A stretch of 64,000 nt of DNA. Origin: a virus (lineage: Duplodnaviria; Caudoviricetes). Positions within the stretch are counted from its first letter, which is position 1. The number at the start of each line of letters is the position of its first letter. The notes below the pieces were generated by a model, which worked only from the letters and a program-made list of their open reading frames with translations, was not told the origin of the DNA and did no database searches. Below are positions 17,250-28,064 of the stretch, in pieces. Made by a program: the position numbers and the translations under genes. Where the stretch lies: the IMG/VR virus record IMGVR_UViG_3300031694_000003, positions 3,767 through 67,766 of that record; one strand, 5' to 3'.

Positions 17250-18269
17250 ATGGCAGGCGCAAACAACATTATAGAGCAATTAGAAGCTGAAAGTAAGGAC
17301 AGTAGTTTTGATGCAACAGCATTCATTTCATCTGACACAGCTAAAGAGGTAGACAAGATTGAAGAATCCCCTACCCCCTTGATAGCTAAGGAAGTAGAAG
17401 TAGAAACAGTCGAAGATACTCCTATAGATACGACAACCGATAAGGTTGTTGCAGAAGAGGATGATTCAGACTCATTCAGTTGGGGAGAAATCGAGGTCGA
17501 AGCAAAGGTAGAAGAACCTGTAGTGGAAATCGAAGAAGAGAAAACTGACGAAGATTGGGATTCTGCAGAAAAACCTAAAGAGAGTTTTGACTGGAATGAG
17601 GTCGGAGAAGAACTAGGAGTTCATGCGAAAACTAGAGAAGAGTTCGTTTCCCAAGTTAAGGATATGATGGCTAACCCTGTAAAGGACAATGACGCTATAA
17701 ATAACTTACAAGAGTTCTTAAAAAATGATGACGCAGCATTAGTTAAAGCTGATTTAGAAGCAGCTAACTATGATGAGGAGTATATTACAGATACTGTATC
17801 AAGATTACAGGATTCTGGATTATTAAAAAGAGAAGCAACCCAAATAAGACAACAGCTTCAAAAATACATTCGCTCAGAAAGAGACAAGCTTAAAAATGCT
17901 AAGGTTTCATCTGAACAAGAAGAACGAGCAGGACAAGAACAAGCTAGAAAAGACTTACAAGGCCATATTAAGGGTAAGAAAGAGTTTTTTGGTGGAAAGG
18001 TGTCCAATGCTGATAAAAAAGAATTATACGGTTATATAACAAAAGGAGATTTTTCTAAAGAGATATTCGAGACTCACGCCAATGTTGCTGAGGCTGCTTT
18101 TCTTTGGAAGAACAAGAACAAGATTTTCAAGATGATGAAAACGCGAGGCGTTGAACAAGGGAAATCTTCTATTCTTGACAATATTACAGCTCCAAGTAAA
18201 ACAACACGAAGCAGTAATTCATTCGAGACAAAGTCTGAGGGATTCGATGCTAAGGCGTTTTTAGGTTAA
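17250..18269 (+). CDS. Acidic scaffold-like head assembly protein
   Basis: Between portal and capsid genes; Glu/Asp-rich; FDATAF and FDAKAF motifs at the two ends. Confidence 0.6.
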   Translation: MAGANNIIEQLEAESKDSSFDATAFISSDTAKEVDKIEESPTPLIAKEVEVETVEDTPIDTTTDKVVAEEDDSDSFSWGEIEVEAKVEEPVVEIEEEKTDEDWDSAEKPKESFDWNEVGEELGVHAKTREEFVSQVKDMMANPVKDNDAINNLQEFLKNDDAALVKADLEAANYDEEYITDTVSRLQDSGLLKREATQIRQQLQKYIRSERDKLKNAKVSSEQEERAGQEQARKDLQGHIKGKKEFFGGKVSNADKKELYGYITKGDFSKEIFETHANVAEAAFLWKNKNKIFKMMKTRGVEQGKSSILDNITAPSKTTRSSNSFETKSEGFDAKAFLG

Positions 18270-18318
18270 AATCTATAATAGGTTAGTTAAAAAATAATTA
18301 AATTTTAAAAAAAACAAA

Positions 18319-19755
18319 ATGAAGGTTTATAATGCAAAATATGACCCAGCATATAACACAGCGGATAACTCCCTTGTAAATAATATGCTAAAGTACCCTG
18401 AGATTGCGAAGAAAATCATTGAATTGTATCCTCGCTACTCTATGACGTACTTACTAGAACGCCTAGGATTTGGTGCTTCTGAAAAAGTAATTGGTGGAAA
18501 CTCTTTCGAGTGGAAAATCATGCAACGTTACAAGTCTCCTGCGAAATTAGACGTAGGTGAAGCTGGTAACTATGCAGCTGGTTCTGATTACACAATCAAA
18601 ATTTCAAGTGAGGCTGGTGAAGACGAGTATTGTATGCTTGCTGTAAATGATGTAGTTCGCTTTAAATCAGGTGCTACTGCTTTAGTTACTTCTATAGGTA
18701 CAATCGCTACTGGTGAAGATGGATTTACTTCGGTTGTTGTAAAAGCAATTGATGCTGATGAATCTGATAAAGTTGCAGGTGATGTAGTTGCCGTAATTGG
18801 TTCTGCTTTTGGACAAGGTTCATTAGGTGATGAAGTTGGTGAAGGTTATGCTTACCCAGAAACTCACAGAAACCACTTAACTCTTTCTCGTAGAAAGTGT
18901 AAAATTAATGGTATTGACTTACACGATGTAACGTGGGTTGAACACAACGGAAGTCGTCTTTGGTACTTTACTAAAGAACAACAAATGACTGACCAATTCA
19001 TGTACGAACTTGAATTGAACAGATGGTTTGGTAAATCTTCTATGGATACTGGTATGGCTCATCCTGGTGATGCTGGTGACCCGACTAATGCTGGTCTTCC
19101 AATTATGGGTGACGGGATTTTAGCTCAGATTGCTGCTGCTAATCAATTCACGACTGCTGGTCTTGGAATTACTGAAGGCGAATTATTGAAATTTATCGGT
19201 ACTTTATCTTTAAGTTCTTTAAAAGCAACTGGTAACGAATACGTAGTATTTACAGGAATGCAAGGAATGATTCAATTCCAACAAGCTATGACTGCTCACT
19301 TGGCAACAATGGGTTCTGCTGCAAGCTTAATTGCATCTAAGTCTGGTGAAGGTGTAGCTGTAGGAACTAACTTTACTTCTTACTCTGCTTTAGGTAACAA
19401 CATCAAGTTGGTACACAACCCTTGTTTTGATGACCCGAATGTAGCTAACATGGAATCAGGTATTTCTGCTACTGGATTTAACACTTCTCAATTATCAGGT
19501 TTAATGGTAGTTATGGATATGAGTGTTCAAGACGGTGTAGCTAACGTAGAGCTTATCTCTAAAGGTGCTGAAGGATACAACAGAAACTATGTTAAGAAAT
19601 ATGTTGCTGGTATGATTAACCCGAACGACCCGTCTTCAATGATGGCTGCTAACGGTAATGATACTTTCGAATGTCATATCTTATCTGAGTCTGGAGTTAT
19701 TATTCGTAACCCACAATCTTGCGGTGTAATTATGCCTGCTGGATTAACAATCTAA
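18319..19755 (+). CDS. Major capsid protein, crAss-like
   Basis: 478 aa; position; highly biased codons (gct, ggt, act); FEWKI and ECHILSESGV motifs. Confidence 0.85.
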   Translation: MKVYNAKYDPAYNTADNSLVNNMLKYPEIAKKIIELYPRYSMTYLLERLGFGASEKVIGGNSFEWKIMQRYKSPAKLDVGEAGNYAAGSDYTIKISSEAGEDEYCMLAVNDVVRFKSGATALVTSIGTIATGEDGFTSVVVKAIDADESDKVAGDVVAVIGSAFGQGSLGDEVGEGYAYPETHRNHLTLSRRKCKINGIDLHDVTWVEHNGSRLWYFTKEQQMTDQFMYELELNRWFGKSSMDTGMAHPGDAGDPTNAGLPIMGDGILAQIAAANQFTTAGLGITEGELLKFIGTLSLSSLKATGNEYVVFTGMQGMIQFQQAMTAHLATMGSAASLIASKSGEGVAVGTNFTSYSALGNNIKLVHNPCFDDPNVANMESGISATGFNTSQLSGLMVVMDMSVQDGVANVELISKGAEGYNRNYVKKYVAGMINPNDPSSMMAANGNDTFECHILSESGVIIRNPQSCGVIMPAGLTI

Positions 19756-19789
19756 TTAATTAAATTAAAAACTTTTAAATACAAATAAA

Positions 19790-20248
19790 ATGGCTGAAGA
19801 AAAATACCTTAAGCAATACGAAAAATCCGCAACTGGTAATTATTTACTACGTTCACGCGGTATTCTAGCAAATATCATCACTCAAGGTGATGTTGATACA
19901 GTCCTAACTCAGGAAGACTCTGGTTCTGCTGTACTAGTTACTGTAACTATAGCTACAAATGTAGCAGTTACTTTACCTGCAGCTAAAGCTGGATTAGAAT
20001 TCAAATTTGTTAACTGTGTGTCTAATGCAGCAGCTGGAGATTTAGTTATCTCTGCAGCAGTAGCAGGTACTATCGTAGCGTTATCTGCTGGTGATGCAGA
20101 CGCTGATGGTGCAACAGACTTAGCAGCAGACTCTGTAACTATCGAAGCAGCATCTGTTGGTGGAGAAGTTATCGACTTTATCTGTGATGGAGTTAAATGG
20201 TTCGCATCGGTTAAGCAAAGTGCTCTCGGTTCTGTAACATTTGCATAA
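19790..20248 (+). CDS. Auxiliary capsid (decoration) protein
   Basis: Same high-expression codon bias; VTLPAAKAGLEFKF and FICDGVKWF beta pattern; co-terminated with the capsid gene. Confidence 0.6.
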   Translation: MAEEKYLKQYEKSATGNYLLRSRGILANIITQGDVDTVLTQEDSGSAVLVTVTIATNVAVTLPAAKAGLEFKFVNCVSNAAAGDLVISAAVAGTIVALSAGDADADGATDLAADSVTIEAASVGGEVIDFICDGVKWFASVKQSALGSVTFA

Positions 20249-20274
20249 TAATTAGAGATAATTATAAAAATATT

Positions 20275-20302
20275 CACCCCTTCTTCGGAGGGGGTGTTTT
20301 TT
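20275..20302 (+). terminator. Intrinsic terminator with a UUCG loop
   Basis: CACCCCTTC-TTCG-GAGGGGGTG-TTTTTT. Confidence 0.9.
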
Positions 20303-20326
20303 AACTTAACAATAAATAAAAGCAAG

Positions 20327-21004
20327 ATGGAGATTACTAAAAACCTTATTCATTACACGCACAACAAGTACAAAAAAATTACCAACTTCAATTTTGGTAG
20401 TGCGTACAAAGACAAGACAGGAAGATTACACGAATTAAAAGACATTAATGGGCTTGAGCAACAATTTGTTACAAGTAGAGCGTCTTTTATTCTTAATACT
20501 TCTTTGGAAGGGGATATTTTAACAGATAATTGGTTAAAGACTCACCCGTCTATAGAATCAGCTTGGACTCGTATTGATATACAAGAAAAAGAAAAGCAAG
20601 ATACTGCAGATACTTTAGATTCTGCTCAAGCAATTATCGAAGCTGCTAAAATGAACGTAGAAGATGTTATAACTTTTGCTAAACTAAGCAAGATGAACAT
20701 TAAATCTAATACAGACGTACTAAGAGCTAAGGTTATTAAGATTGCTCAAAACAGTCCTGAGAAGTTTATGGAAACTCATTTTGACCCAGAAAAAGATTAT
20801 AGAGTATTTATTCTAGACGCTTTAAAGTCAAAAAATCTTACTTATAAAAACAGTACTTTTATGTACGGAAAACAAGCTATTGGTACTAACGAAGAACAGG
20901 TGATTGTTTGGCTTAAAGATAACAAAGACATCTTTGCTTTAATCAAGCACGAACTTAGAGGAGAAGAACCAAAAGCTAAAGTAAAAACTAAAGTAAAAGC
21001 TTAA
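20327..21004 (+). CDS. Conserved head-tail region protein (start revised to ATG 20327)
   Basis: The 20294 start lies inside the terminator; A-rich leader precedes 20327. Confidence 0.7.
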   Translation: MEITKNLIHYTHNKYKKITNFNFGSAYKDKTGRLHELKDINGLEQQFVTSRASFILNTSLEGDILTDNWLKTHPSIESAWTRIDIQEKEKQDTADTLDSAQAIIEAAKMNVEDVITFAKLSKMNIKSNTDVLRAKVIKIAQNSPEKFMETHFDPEKDYRVFILDALKSKNLTYKNSTFMYGKQAIGTNEEQVIVWLKDNKDIFALIKHELRGEEPKAKVKTKVKA

Positions 21005-21007
21005 TAA

Positions 21008-21637
21008 ATGGCAGTAGCTATAAGTAGTGATGCGATAGGTAATATATACCCAAGGATAAGACAAATTGTAGATAGGGAAGATACAGCGTATTTCTCTGAC
21101 TCTCAATTACTTATGTTTACGGAGATGGCTACCGATGAGTTCTTGCAACAATACTATACCATCTTTGAATCTAGCCAAGATGCTAGAGACAAGCTGGAAG
21201 GATTGGTTGTAACTCAGTCCGTGTCTCTTGCTTCACCATTTTCAATAGCGTTAAGTGGTTTAAGTAGCACTTATTATAGATTACTTTCTGCTAGGTTAAC
21301 AATTACACCCAACACTTCTGTAAAGATTATACAACTTGCTGATTACTCTGCATATATAAACGACCCTTTCAATAAGGCTGATGCACATAATCCTGTTATA
21401 TATGAAGAGGGTGGTAACCTTAAAGTTTTAGGAATAATGAATACAACCTCAATAGATTTAACTTATTTATCTTACACCACAGTTTGGTCTGATTTAAGTA
21501 ATCATTCCTATGAGGAAATAGCACAGATTGCTGCAAGAAAAGTTTTACAATCCCTAGGCGACCCTAGATACCAGCTTATGCAAGCTGAGATTCTAGAAAG
21601 GCAAACAGCTCTAGGGGGCGGAAAACGTGGTAATTAG
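21008..21637 (+). CDS. Tail ring / head-tail connector protein
   Basis: 209 aa; typical size and position of crAss-like ring proteins; HSYEEIAQIAARK. Confidence 0.6.
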   Translation: MAVAISSDAIGNIYPRIRQIVDREDTAYFSDSQLLMFTEMATDEFLQQYYTIFESSQDARDKLEGLVVTQSVSLASPFSIALSGLSSTYYRLLSARLTITPNTSVKIIQLADYSAYINDPFNKADAHNPVIYEEGGNLKVLGIMNTTSIDLTYLSYTTVWSDLSNHSYEEIAQIAARKVLQSLGDPRYQLMQAEILERQTALGGGKRGN

Positions 21638-21665
21638 AAGGCGCTTTATGCTCCCTTGCTTTGAG

Positions 21666-21702
21666 AGGGCGGTTGTGGTGTTAACTACACCGCCCTTTCT
21701 TT
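21666..21702 (+). terminator. Intrinsic terminator
   Basis: AGGGCGG...CCGCCCT stem followed by TTCTTT. Confidence 0.7.
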
Positions 21703-21718
21703 ATTTAAAAAAACAAAT

Positions 21719-22369
21719 ATGGCAACATTAAACGAAATAGCGTACAACATAAAAAACATCGTAGAAGGTGGTGTAGCTTCAGATGACTCTAATTTATCTA
21801 TGAGACAGATAAAGTATATGATTCATGCAAAGAGAGCTGAAATACTTTTAAAGTACACGGATAATGGAAGGAAAACTTCTGAAGCCATGTATCAGATAGA
21901 CGTAATCACTCCAAACGTGGAAGGGACTACTTATAAGCCTTTTGTAGGCTTTAACAATAACAGAGCGATACGAAGTATCGTCTACAAGGATTCAGACTCT
22001 GTAGACGCTGATATGGAGTTATTGGCTATAGTGCAAGACCATGATAGGGTTTTCATTCAAGAGTCGAGGTTTATGCGTAATGTTACTAAGAAGCATGCGT
22101 CACTCACCCCAGATAAAGTTTTTGTATTTGAAGGGGACTCTACAGTGTCTGGAGGTGTTTTAGAATTTAAAGCTATATTCTCAGACCCAACTACTGTAAG
22201 TTCTTACGTAAGCGATGACGATACTCAGTATCCGTTCCCTACAGAGTTATTGAGTATTTTAACTCAAGACATTATAGGTAAAGAAGTAGTAATGCTTTAT
22301 AATCTTTCAGCAAACACTCCAAACAATCAAACGGATGAAAAAACCAAGTCTAAAAAAGTACAAAGATAA
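21719..22369 (+). CDS. Tail ring protein
   Basis: MATLNEIAYNI start; FSDPT and DDTQYPFP motifs; position. Confidence 0.6.
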   Translation: MATLNEIAYNIKNIVEGGVASDDSNLSMRQIKYMIHAKRAEILLKYTDNGRKTSEAMYQIDVITPNVEGTTYKPFVGFNNNRAIRSIVYKDSDSVDADMELLAIVQDHDRVFIQESRFMRNVTKKHASLTPDKVFVFEGDSTVSGGVLEFKAIFSDPTTVSSYVSDDDTQYPFPTELLSILTQDIIGKEVVMLYNLSANTPNNQTDEKTKSKKVQR

Positions 22370-22757
22370 GTATGTTAGTCTTAGGGATATATATAGAACC
22401 ATTAGGAAGGGGTTAATATTTAACAATAGGCAGATGTCTTATTCTGTTTACTTCAATATAATGGTTGCCTTTCTTCAGGAACTGATAAGGGAAGTCGCTC
22501 TAGAAAAAGAACAAGTAGAGCTACCTCACAAGATGGGTAAGATGTATATCAAGAAAGAGCTACATAAAAGACCGTTTCATGTGCAGATAGATGTAAATGA
22601 GTATGAGCGAACGGGGGAAATAATTAGATACAAAGTGCCTATACTAGACGATTATTACAATAAGTTAGTTTGGGAGAGAGCATCAAAGTATAAGCGATAT
22701 AAAATATTACCTTTAAAAAGGTTTAAGGAAATAATTAATACTGTAAAAGAATACTAG
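22335..22757 (+). CDS. IHF/HU-like basic protein within the tail module
   Basis: VELPHKMGKMYI strand pattern; an IHF-like gene sits in this position in crAss-like phages. Confidence 0.55.
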   Translation: MKKPSLKKYKDKYVSLRDIYRTIRKGLIFNNRQMSYSVYFNIMVAFLQELIREVALEKEQVELPHKMGKMYIKKELHKRPFHVQIDVNEYERTGEIIRYKVPILDDYYNKLVWERASKYKRYKILPLKRFKEIINTVKEY

Positions 22758-22758
22758 T

Positions 22759-23391
22759 ATGCAACCAAGAATTAGTGTAAAACAAGTAGTAGCGGCAGTT
22801 ATTAGAAATCTAGGTGTGCAAGATGCAGCTAGAGAATTTAGTACTTTTGTTGAATGGGCATTTGAAGCGGAAAAGAAGATAGGAACATTTAAAACGTTCG
22901 TAACTAAAGAAGCTACAATATCTATATCAAACAAGCAAGCTGCTTTACCAGAAGACTTAATAGAAGTCATAGATGTAAAAAACGCTAACGATGTATATTA
23001 CGAACCACAGACTAAGTCTTTTAAGACTTCAAACACGCAGAACTTAAGTTATAAGTATTACCTAACAAGTGGGTTTATACAATTCTCAAGCGTTGCTGAT
23101 TCATCTATACAGATTAGTTATATAGCTTTAGATACTGACTCAGATGGATACCCTACTATGGAAGCTAACCATGAAGATGCTGTATCTCATTATATAATGT
23201 ACAAATACAAGGCGAGAGATTACTACAATCAAAAACTGCCTAGATATATTTATATGGACATGAAGCAAGAATGGAGTAGATTGTGCGCTCAAGCTAGAGG
23301 TAATGATAACATGCCTAACAGGAATCAGATGAGAAATATATCCAAGATTTGGAATAGTTTAATTCCTGTAAATGCTAACCACTCTAACTAA
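22759..23391 (+). CDS. Tail tubular (ring) protein
   Basis: ALPEDLIEV, DSDGYP and WSRLCAQARG motifs; precedes the muzzle gene. Confidence 0.65.
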   Translation: MQPRISVKQVVAAVIRNLGVQDAAREFSTFVEWAFEAEKKIGTFKTFVTKEATISISNKQAALPEDLIEVIDVKNANDVYYEPQTKSFKTSNTQNLSYKYYLTSGFIQFSSVADSSIQISYIALDTDSDGYPTMEANHEDAVSHYIMYKYKARDYYNQKLPRYIYMDMKQEWSRLCAQARGNDNMPNRNQMRNISKIWNSLIPVNANHSN

Positions 23392-23399
23392 GACTAACA

Positions 23400-26300
23400 A
23401 TGGCTAAAACGGTAAGACAACAACTCTCAGATTTAGTTGCTGGTAAAAAACCTAACTTATTTTATAAGGGTTTAAATACAGACACTGACGAACACATCAT
23501 AAACAATAGCCAATATTCGTCAGCGATGAATGTTAGATTGAATGCTAAAGATGGAGATTTAGGTACTATACAGAACTTACAATCTAACCATGTGGCGGGT
23601 AATATTGGACTTGTTGGATATAAATTTTCTCATACAGAGACAGCAGATAAGCTTTGGGTTTTCGGAAGCGGAACTCCTTTAAACCAAACACTTTTCAAGA
23701 TAACATTTAAATTTGGGACTACTGGTGGATTTCACTCATTTAACGGAAGTGATGGTTACGATGTAGACACAACTTCTGGTACATTTAGTCAGGGGTCGTT
23801 TCAGTATGATACAAGTTACTATTCTAATCAAGACTTATTGCTACATTGTTTTGAGGTTATGCGTAATGATTCAGCTTTTACAGATGTAATGTCTGTTTCT
23901 TTGCATCCAGCCTCAACGAAGTATGGTCCAGTAAGCTTAATATTTATACCTGTAGACCAATCTTTAACCCCAAACTCTGTAGGTATCACTACCTACTTAT
24001 CAACCACTTTAGCTTTAGGGCTTGATGGCGGGACTGCAACCAGTATATCTACTTCAATTGACACGTGGAATGCTTACTATTATTCACAAACAGTCCCTCT
24101 ACTATTACAACCAGTTTCATTAACATCTTTCAGTTCTTATATTGCTGCGGTATGTTATATTAGCGAGTACGTTCAAGCTGTTGTTAAAATATTTGTAACA
24201 GAGACGGGTGAAATATCTTCTGTATCTCCTGTTGTTTTTGCTGACTTCTCTATATCAAACAACTATCAAGCTATTAAGGTAGAGAAAATAGAGGAGAACC
24301 AGAACTACAATAGAATATACTGGACTAATGGTATACACCCTATTAAGACTGTAAACTTAAATTCTAACAGTACTTTTTATAACAATTTCGATAGTCCTGA
24401 CGACTTTAATTTATTTTCAAACTCCCCATTAAACCCACCAGAGATAGTTTCAGTTACAGATAGTGGAGCTGTAAAGTGTGGTAGTTGGTCTTATTGCTAT
24501 AGGCTTATAACTTCAGATGGTAAATATTCTGTAGTATCTCCTATAACAAACCCGCTACCTCTACTATTGTCTTCTAAATCAAGTTCTTACGAATCTGCTA
24601 TAGGAGGGAATGTATCGGAAAACTCAGGTAAGTCAATATTTCTACGTGCTAATGATATAGATACTGTATACTCTAGAATACAATTAATAGGTATACAATA
24701 CTTAGATAATCATGGGGGTGCTGCATTCTTTTTATTAAAAGATGAAAAGATAGATTCTTCCACCGTAAATCTAACGCATACTGGAAATGAAATAACCACA
24801 CCTATAACTGCAGCAGAAATATTATCTAAAAGTAATACGTGGGATATAGCTCAAGATATAACTGTAAAGGACAATAGGTTATTAGCTGCTAACTTACAAA
24901 ACACATCATCATCATTAATAGAGGATAATAACACCTTCAGAGTAAAGTCTTGGAAGCATACGGCTGCAGCTGCAGATTTTGATACAGCGCCTGGTTCTGG
25001 GGCGTACCAATCACATACTGAATTAAACAACCCTGAGATATACGAAGAAGACCTTTATAAGTTAGTTGCGACTGATACCAATGACCACAGGTACGCTTAC
25101 GCAGGAACTGGAAATACTGAAAAAATGTTATTCGGGGCTAGTACTGAAGGATACGAAGTTTCAGATTCAAATGGAGTATATGTAACATTTAAACTTAAAA
25201 AGTTTACTTTAGACAAAGCAGACTATTGGAGCAAAATAGCTACTGACGACCCAGAGTACCCTCAGAACAGTAATGATGATGGTTATTGTGAGCCACCATT
25301 CTATGGTCCTTTATCTAAAAGCGGGGAAGATGGATATTTTGATAACTACAAGAACCCAGTATTTGCTCAAAAGCATGTAGGTTATATGCGTGATGAGATA
25401 TATCGTTTTGGTATACAGTTATTTGATAAAGAAGGAAACCAAACATACACATACCCTGTAGGTGATGTTAGATTCCCGCCAATAGAATCTGACTATAGGG
25501 TATTAGGAACTACCCCTGGTGATTACACGCCTATTGCAGGTGGTGAAGTAAACCCTCTTAAATATGTTTTATGTGATAATAATGGTGATGGGTACATACT
25601 TTACCCAGAGTTTAGGGTTAAGTTATCAAATGCCGTTGTTAAAAACATTTCTGGCTTTAATATAGTTAGGGCTGTAAGAAACGATACAGACAAAAGAGTT
25701 ATAACCACTGGTTTGTTAAATAACACTCTTAGTTATAAAAACGCTACAGGTAATGGTCATTTTAAAAACAGGCTAGGGTTAGATAAGCAGAATTTATTTA
25801 CACAAGTAACTGGTTCTGCTGCGTTCGGAGATTCGGAACAGAGCTCTTTGGTGACTTTAGATTCTCCAGATGCAATGTTTGGAGTCTTTAACTATACAAG
25901 TAATCAGTCTCATCAAATAAAGATAGCATCTAAGTTATTAAATAAGAGCTACTTAAATACAGACAAGCCTACAGGTTCTACAGACAATCACTTACACATG
26001 GATAACAGTGGTGATGAAGTTACTTGGATGAGGGATAATAATACTAATAGTATTTTTTATGCTGCTCCATTTGCTTCTGACTATACAGTACCACCTAACA
26101 ATCTTCATTTAGAGCAACTATCAATGTTTTCTAAATATTATTCAGCAGATGTTGAAGACCATGCTCTTACATTGTCAGGTAACTCATCTTACTATATAAA
26201 AAACATTCATTACGGTCAGCTTGTGGGTGCTGGAGAAATTGTACCTAGCTCACTTACCACAGAAACTAAAGATTTTGTTAATGCTGCTTGGATATATTCT

Positions 26301-28064
26301 TCTTCAGACTCTGACCAAACCCTAGATAGTCATGATTTAAATGCAATATCTTTAAGCTCTTCTCTTATATATAGAGAGAGTGGTAAGACTCAGCATGGTA
26401 ATGCGACTATTCTAATTGCTATGGATAGTAATGAGGTTTTTGATATGGACCATGCTAACCTAGACATAGCCTCTTCGGCTATACGGGTTGAGGGTGGTAG
26501 TTATGCTGCAGCCAAAGGGTACGCAAAAATAATCAACCCAATAACAGTTGCTTCTGGGCAGTACGGAGGTAGTACTGTTACTAACTTTGAAAATACAAGA
26601 TGGATAAGCACTGGAGCGTCCGTTCACGGAAGTGAGCTTAGTTCAGAAAGTGAAATGATAGTCCCTGTATTTGGTGGAGATACTTACGTTAATATGTTCT
26701 CTTTAAATAAGTTCCATAAAAACAGCTACGGAGAAAATACCACTTATAGAATAACTCAAGGAGTTGTATTCCCTGTAGAGTCAAGTATAAATATAGACCT
26801 AAGAGAGGGTGGTTATTTCGGGAAAGATAGACCCAACCTAAACAAGGAAGATGACTATACCTACAATAAGTCTTACTCTGCTTCAAATAATTTAAAAAGT
26901 TTTCCATCTAAAGATTCTGATATAGATTTAGTAACGGATTTCAAAAACATGGTAGCTGTTTCTAATGTTAAGGTAGCTGGCCAGACACAAGATGCATTCT
27001 CTAGATTTGATGCAAATGAAATATTTGAAGTTAACGCTAATTATGGCGCTATAAACAACTTAGCTCTATTTAGAAATAACGTATACGCTATACAGGAAAA
27101 TGCAACATCTATATTATCAATAAATACTAGAGCTTTAATTAATTCTAAAGATGGTTCGGCTATATCAATACAAAGTGCTTTAGGTACTGGAAGTGTTATA
27201 GAGCGTAATGACTACATAAGCACAAAGTACGGTAGTCAAAATAGAATAAACTCAACTTCTACAGACTTAGGTTTGTATTGGTATGATGGAAATAATAACA
27301 CAATTTGTGAGGTTGATGTAAAGTCACCACAGCAAGTTGCTGATATATCATCAATCAAAGGATGCTCTTCTTTGTTGAGTTCTATTGAGAATGTAAAAAT
27401 ATATGACAACCCTCTAAATGTAAGTACATCGACTGGTAGTGAGGGAGGTATAAACATTGCCTACAACCCTATATATAACGAGTTACTGTTTAGTATTAGT
27501 CATTACTCTTCTGGTATGGTTTATAAAACAATAGCCTATGATGAAGCTTTAGGAGTTTTCACTTCAGAAAGAAGCTACAGCACGTTCATTAGTACGTACC
27601 ATAAAGGTATTCTTTATACTGTAGGTACAGACAACGGAACTAACGTAACATCTAATCACGTCAATAGAAAAACAATATACTCACACGACACCCTATCAGC
27701 GACATACAACACCTTTTATGGTATAGCTGGTGATAATCCTTTTGTGGAATTCACGAACAACGAAGAGACTGTAAGTCTAAAGGTTTACGATAAATTAGTT
27801 GTGAATAATAATGGAACGTCTGATTCTCGTATTTTTAGTACATTTGCTTACAGTACGAATAACGATGCACTGTCCAGTTTAGATTTGTCGGTAACTGAGA
27901 TAGATAGAATGGGTGTTGGAAAACACATAATTCCTATACATAAAGATACGGGAAGATTTAAAGGTAACTACTTAAAGGTGAAAATGACTCAATCAGAAAA
28001 TCCAACCACTCAAGGATTTAATTTATTTTCAGTTGTTAGTCATTATAGAAAAAACATTATATAA
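23400..28064 (+). CDS. Tail stabilisation (muzzle) protein, 1554 aa
   Basis: GLNTD...YSSAMNVR start, GYMRDEIYRFGI, GGDTYV, FKGNYLKV end. Confidence 0.75.
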   Translation: MAKTVRQQLSDLVAGKKPNLFYKGLNTDTDEHIINNSQYSSAMNVRLNAKDGDLGTIQNLQSNHVAGNIGLVGYKFSHTETADKLWVFGSGTPLNQTLFKITFKFGTTGGFHSFNGSDGYDVDTTSGTFSQGSFQYDTSYYSNQDLLLHCFEVMRNDSAFTDVMSVSLHPASTKYGPVSLIFIPVDQSLTPNSVGITTYLSTTLALGLDGGTATSISTSIDTWNAYYYSQTVPLLLQPVSLTSFSSYIAAVCYISEYVQAVVKIFVTETGEISSVSPVVFADFSISNNYQAIKVEKIEENQNYNRIYWTNGIHPIKTVNLNSNSTFYNNFDSPDDFNLFSNSPLNPPEIVSVTDSGAVKCGSWSYCYRLITSDGKYSVVSPITNPLPLLLSSKSSSYESAIGGNVSENSGKSIFLRANDIDTVYSRIQLIGIQYLDNHGGAAFFLLKDEKIDSSTVNLTHTGNEITTPITAAEILSKSNTWDIAQDITVKDNRLLAANLQNTSSSLIEDNNTFRVKSWKHTAAAADFDTAPGSGAYQSHTELNNPEIYEEDLYKLVATDTNDHRYAYAGTGNTEKMLFGASTEGYEVSDSNGVYVTFKLKKFTLDKADYWSKIATDDPEYPQNSNDDGYCEPPFYGPLSKSGEDGYFDNYKNPVFAQKHVGYMRDEIYRFGIQLFDKEGNQTYTYPVGDVRFPPIESDYRVLGTTPGDYTPIAGGEVNPLKYVLCDNNGDGYILYPEFRVKLSNAVVKNISGFNIVRAVRNDTDKRVITTGLLNNTLSYKNATGNGHFKNRLGLDKQNLFTQVTGSAAFGDSEQSSLVTLDSPDAMFGVFNYTSNQSHQIKIASKLLNKSYLNTDKPTGSTDNHLHMDNSGDEVTWMRDNNTNSIFYAAPFASDYTVPPNNLHLEQLSMFSKYYSADVEDHALTLSGNSSYYIKNIHYGQLVGAGEIVPSSLTTETKDFVNAAWIYSSSDSDQTLDSHDLNAISLSSSLIYRESGKTQHGNATILIAMDSNEVFDMDHANLDIASSAIRVEGGSYAAAKGYAKIINPITVASGQYGGSTVTNFENTRWISTGASVHGSELSSESEMIVPVFGGDTYVNMFSLNKFHKNSYGENTTYRITQGVVFPVESSINIDLREGGYFGKDRPNLNKEDDYTYNKSYSASNNLKSFPSKDSDIDLVTDFKNMVAVSNVKVAGQTQDAFSRFDANEIFEVNANYGAINNLALFRNNVYAIQENATSILSINTRALINSKDGSAISIQSALGTGSVIERNDYISTKYGSQNRINSTSTDLGLYWYDGNNNTICEVDVKSPQQVADISSIKGCSSLLSSIENVKIYDNPLNVSTSTGSEGGINIAYNPIYNELLFSISHYSSGMVYKTIAYDEALGVFTSERSYSTFISTYHKGILYTVGTDNGTNVTSNHVNRKTIYSHDTLSATYNTFYGIAGDNPFVEFTNNEETVSLKVYDKLVVNNNGTSDSRIFSTFAYSTNNDALSSLDLSVTEIDRMGVGKHIIPIHKDTGRFKGNYLKVKMTQSENPTTQGFNLFSVVSHYRKNII

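Noticed and set aside
20294-20326. Track starts at 20294, 57150, 10219 and 7652
   Set aside because: They fall within a terminator, an upstream gene or a repeat; better-supported downstream ATGs exist.
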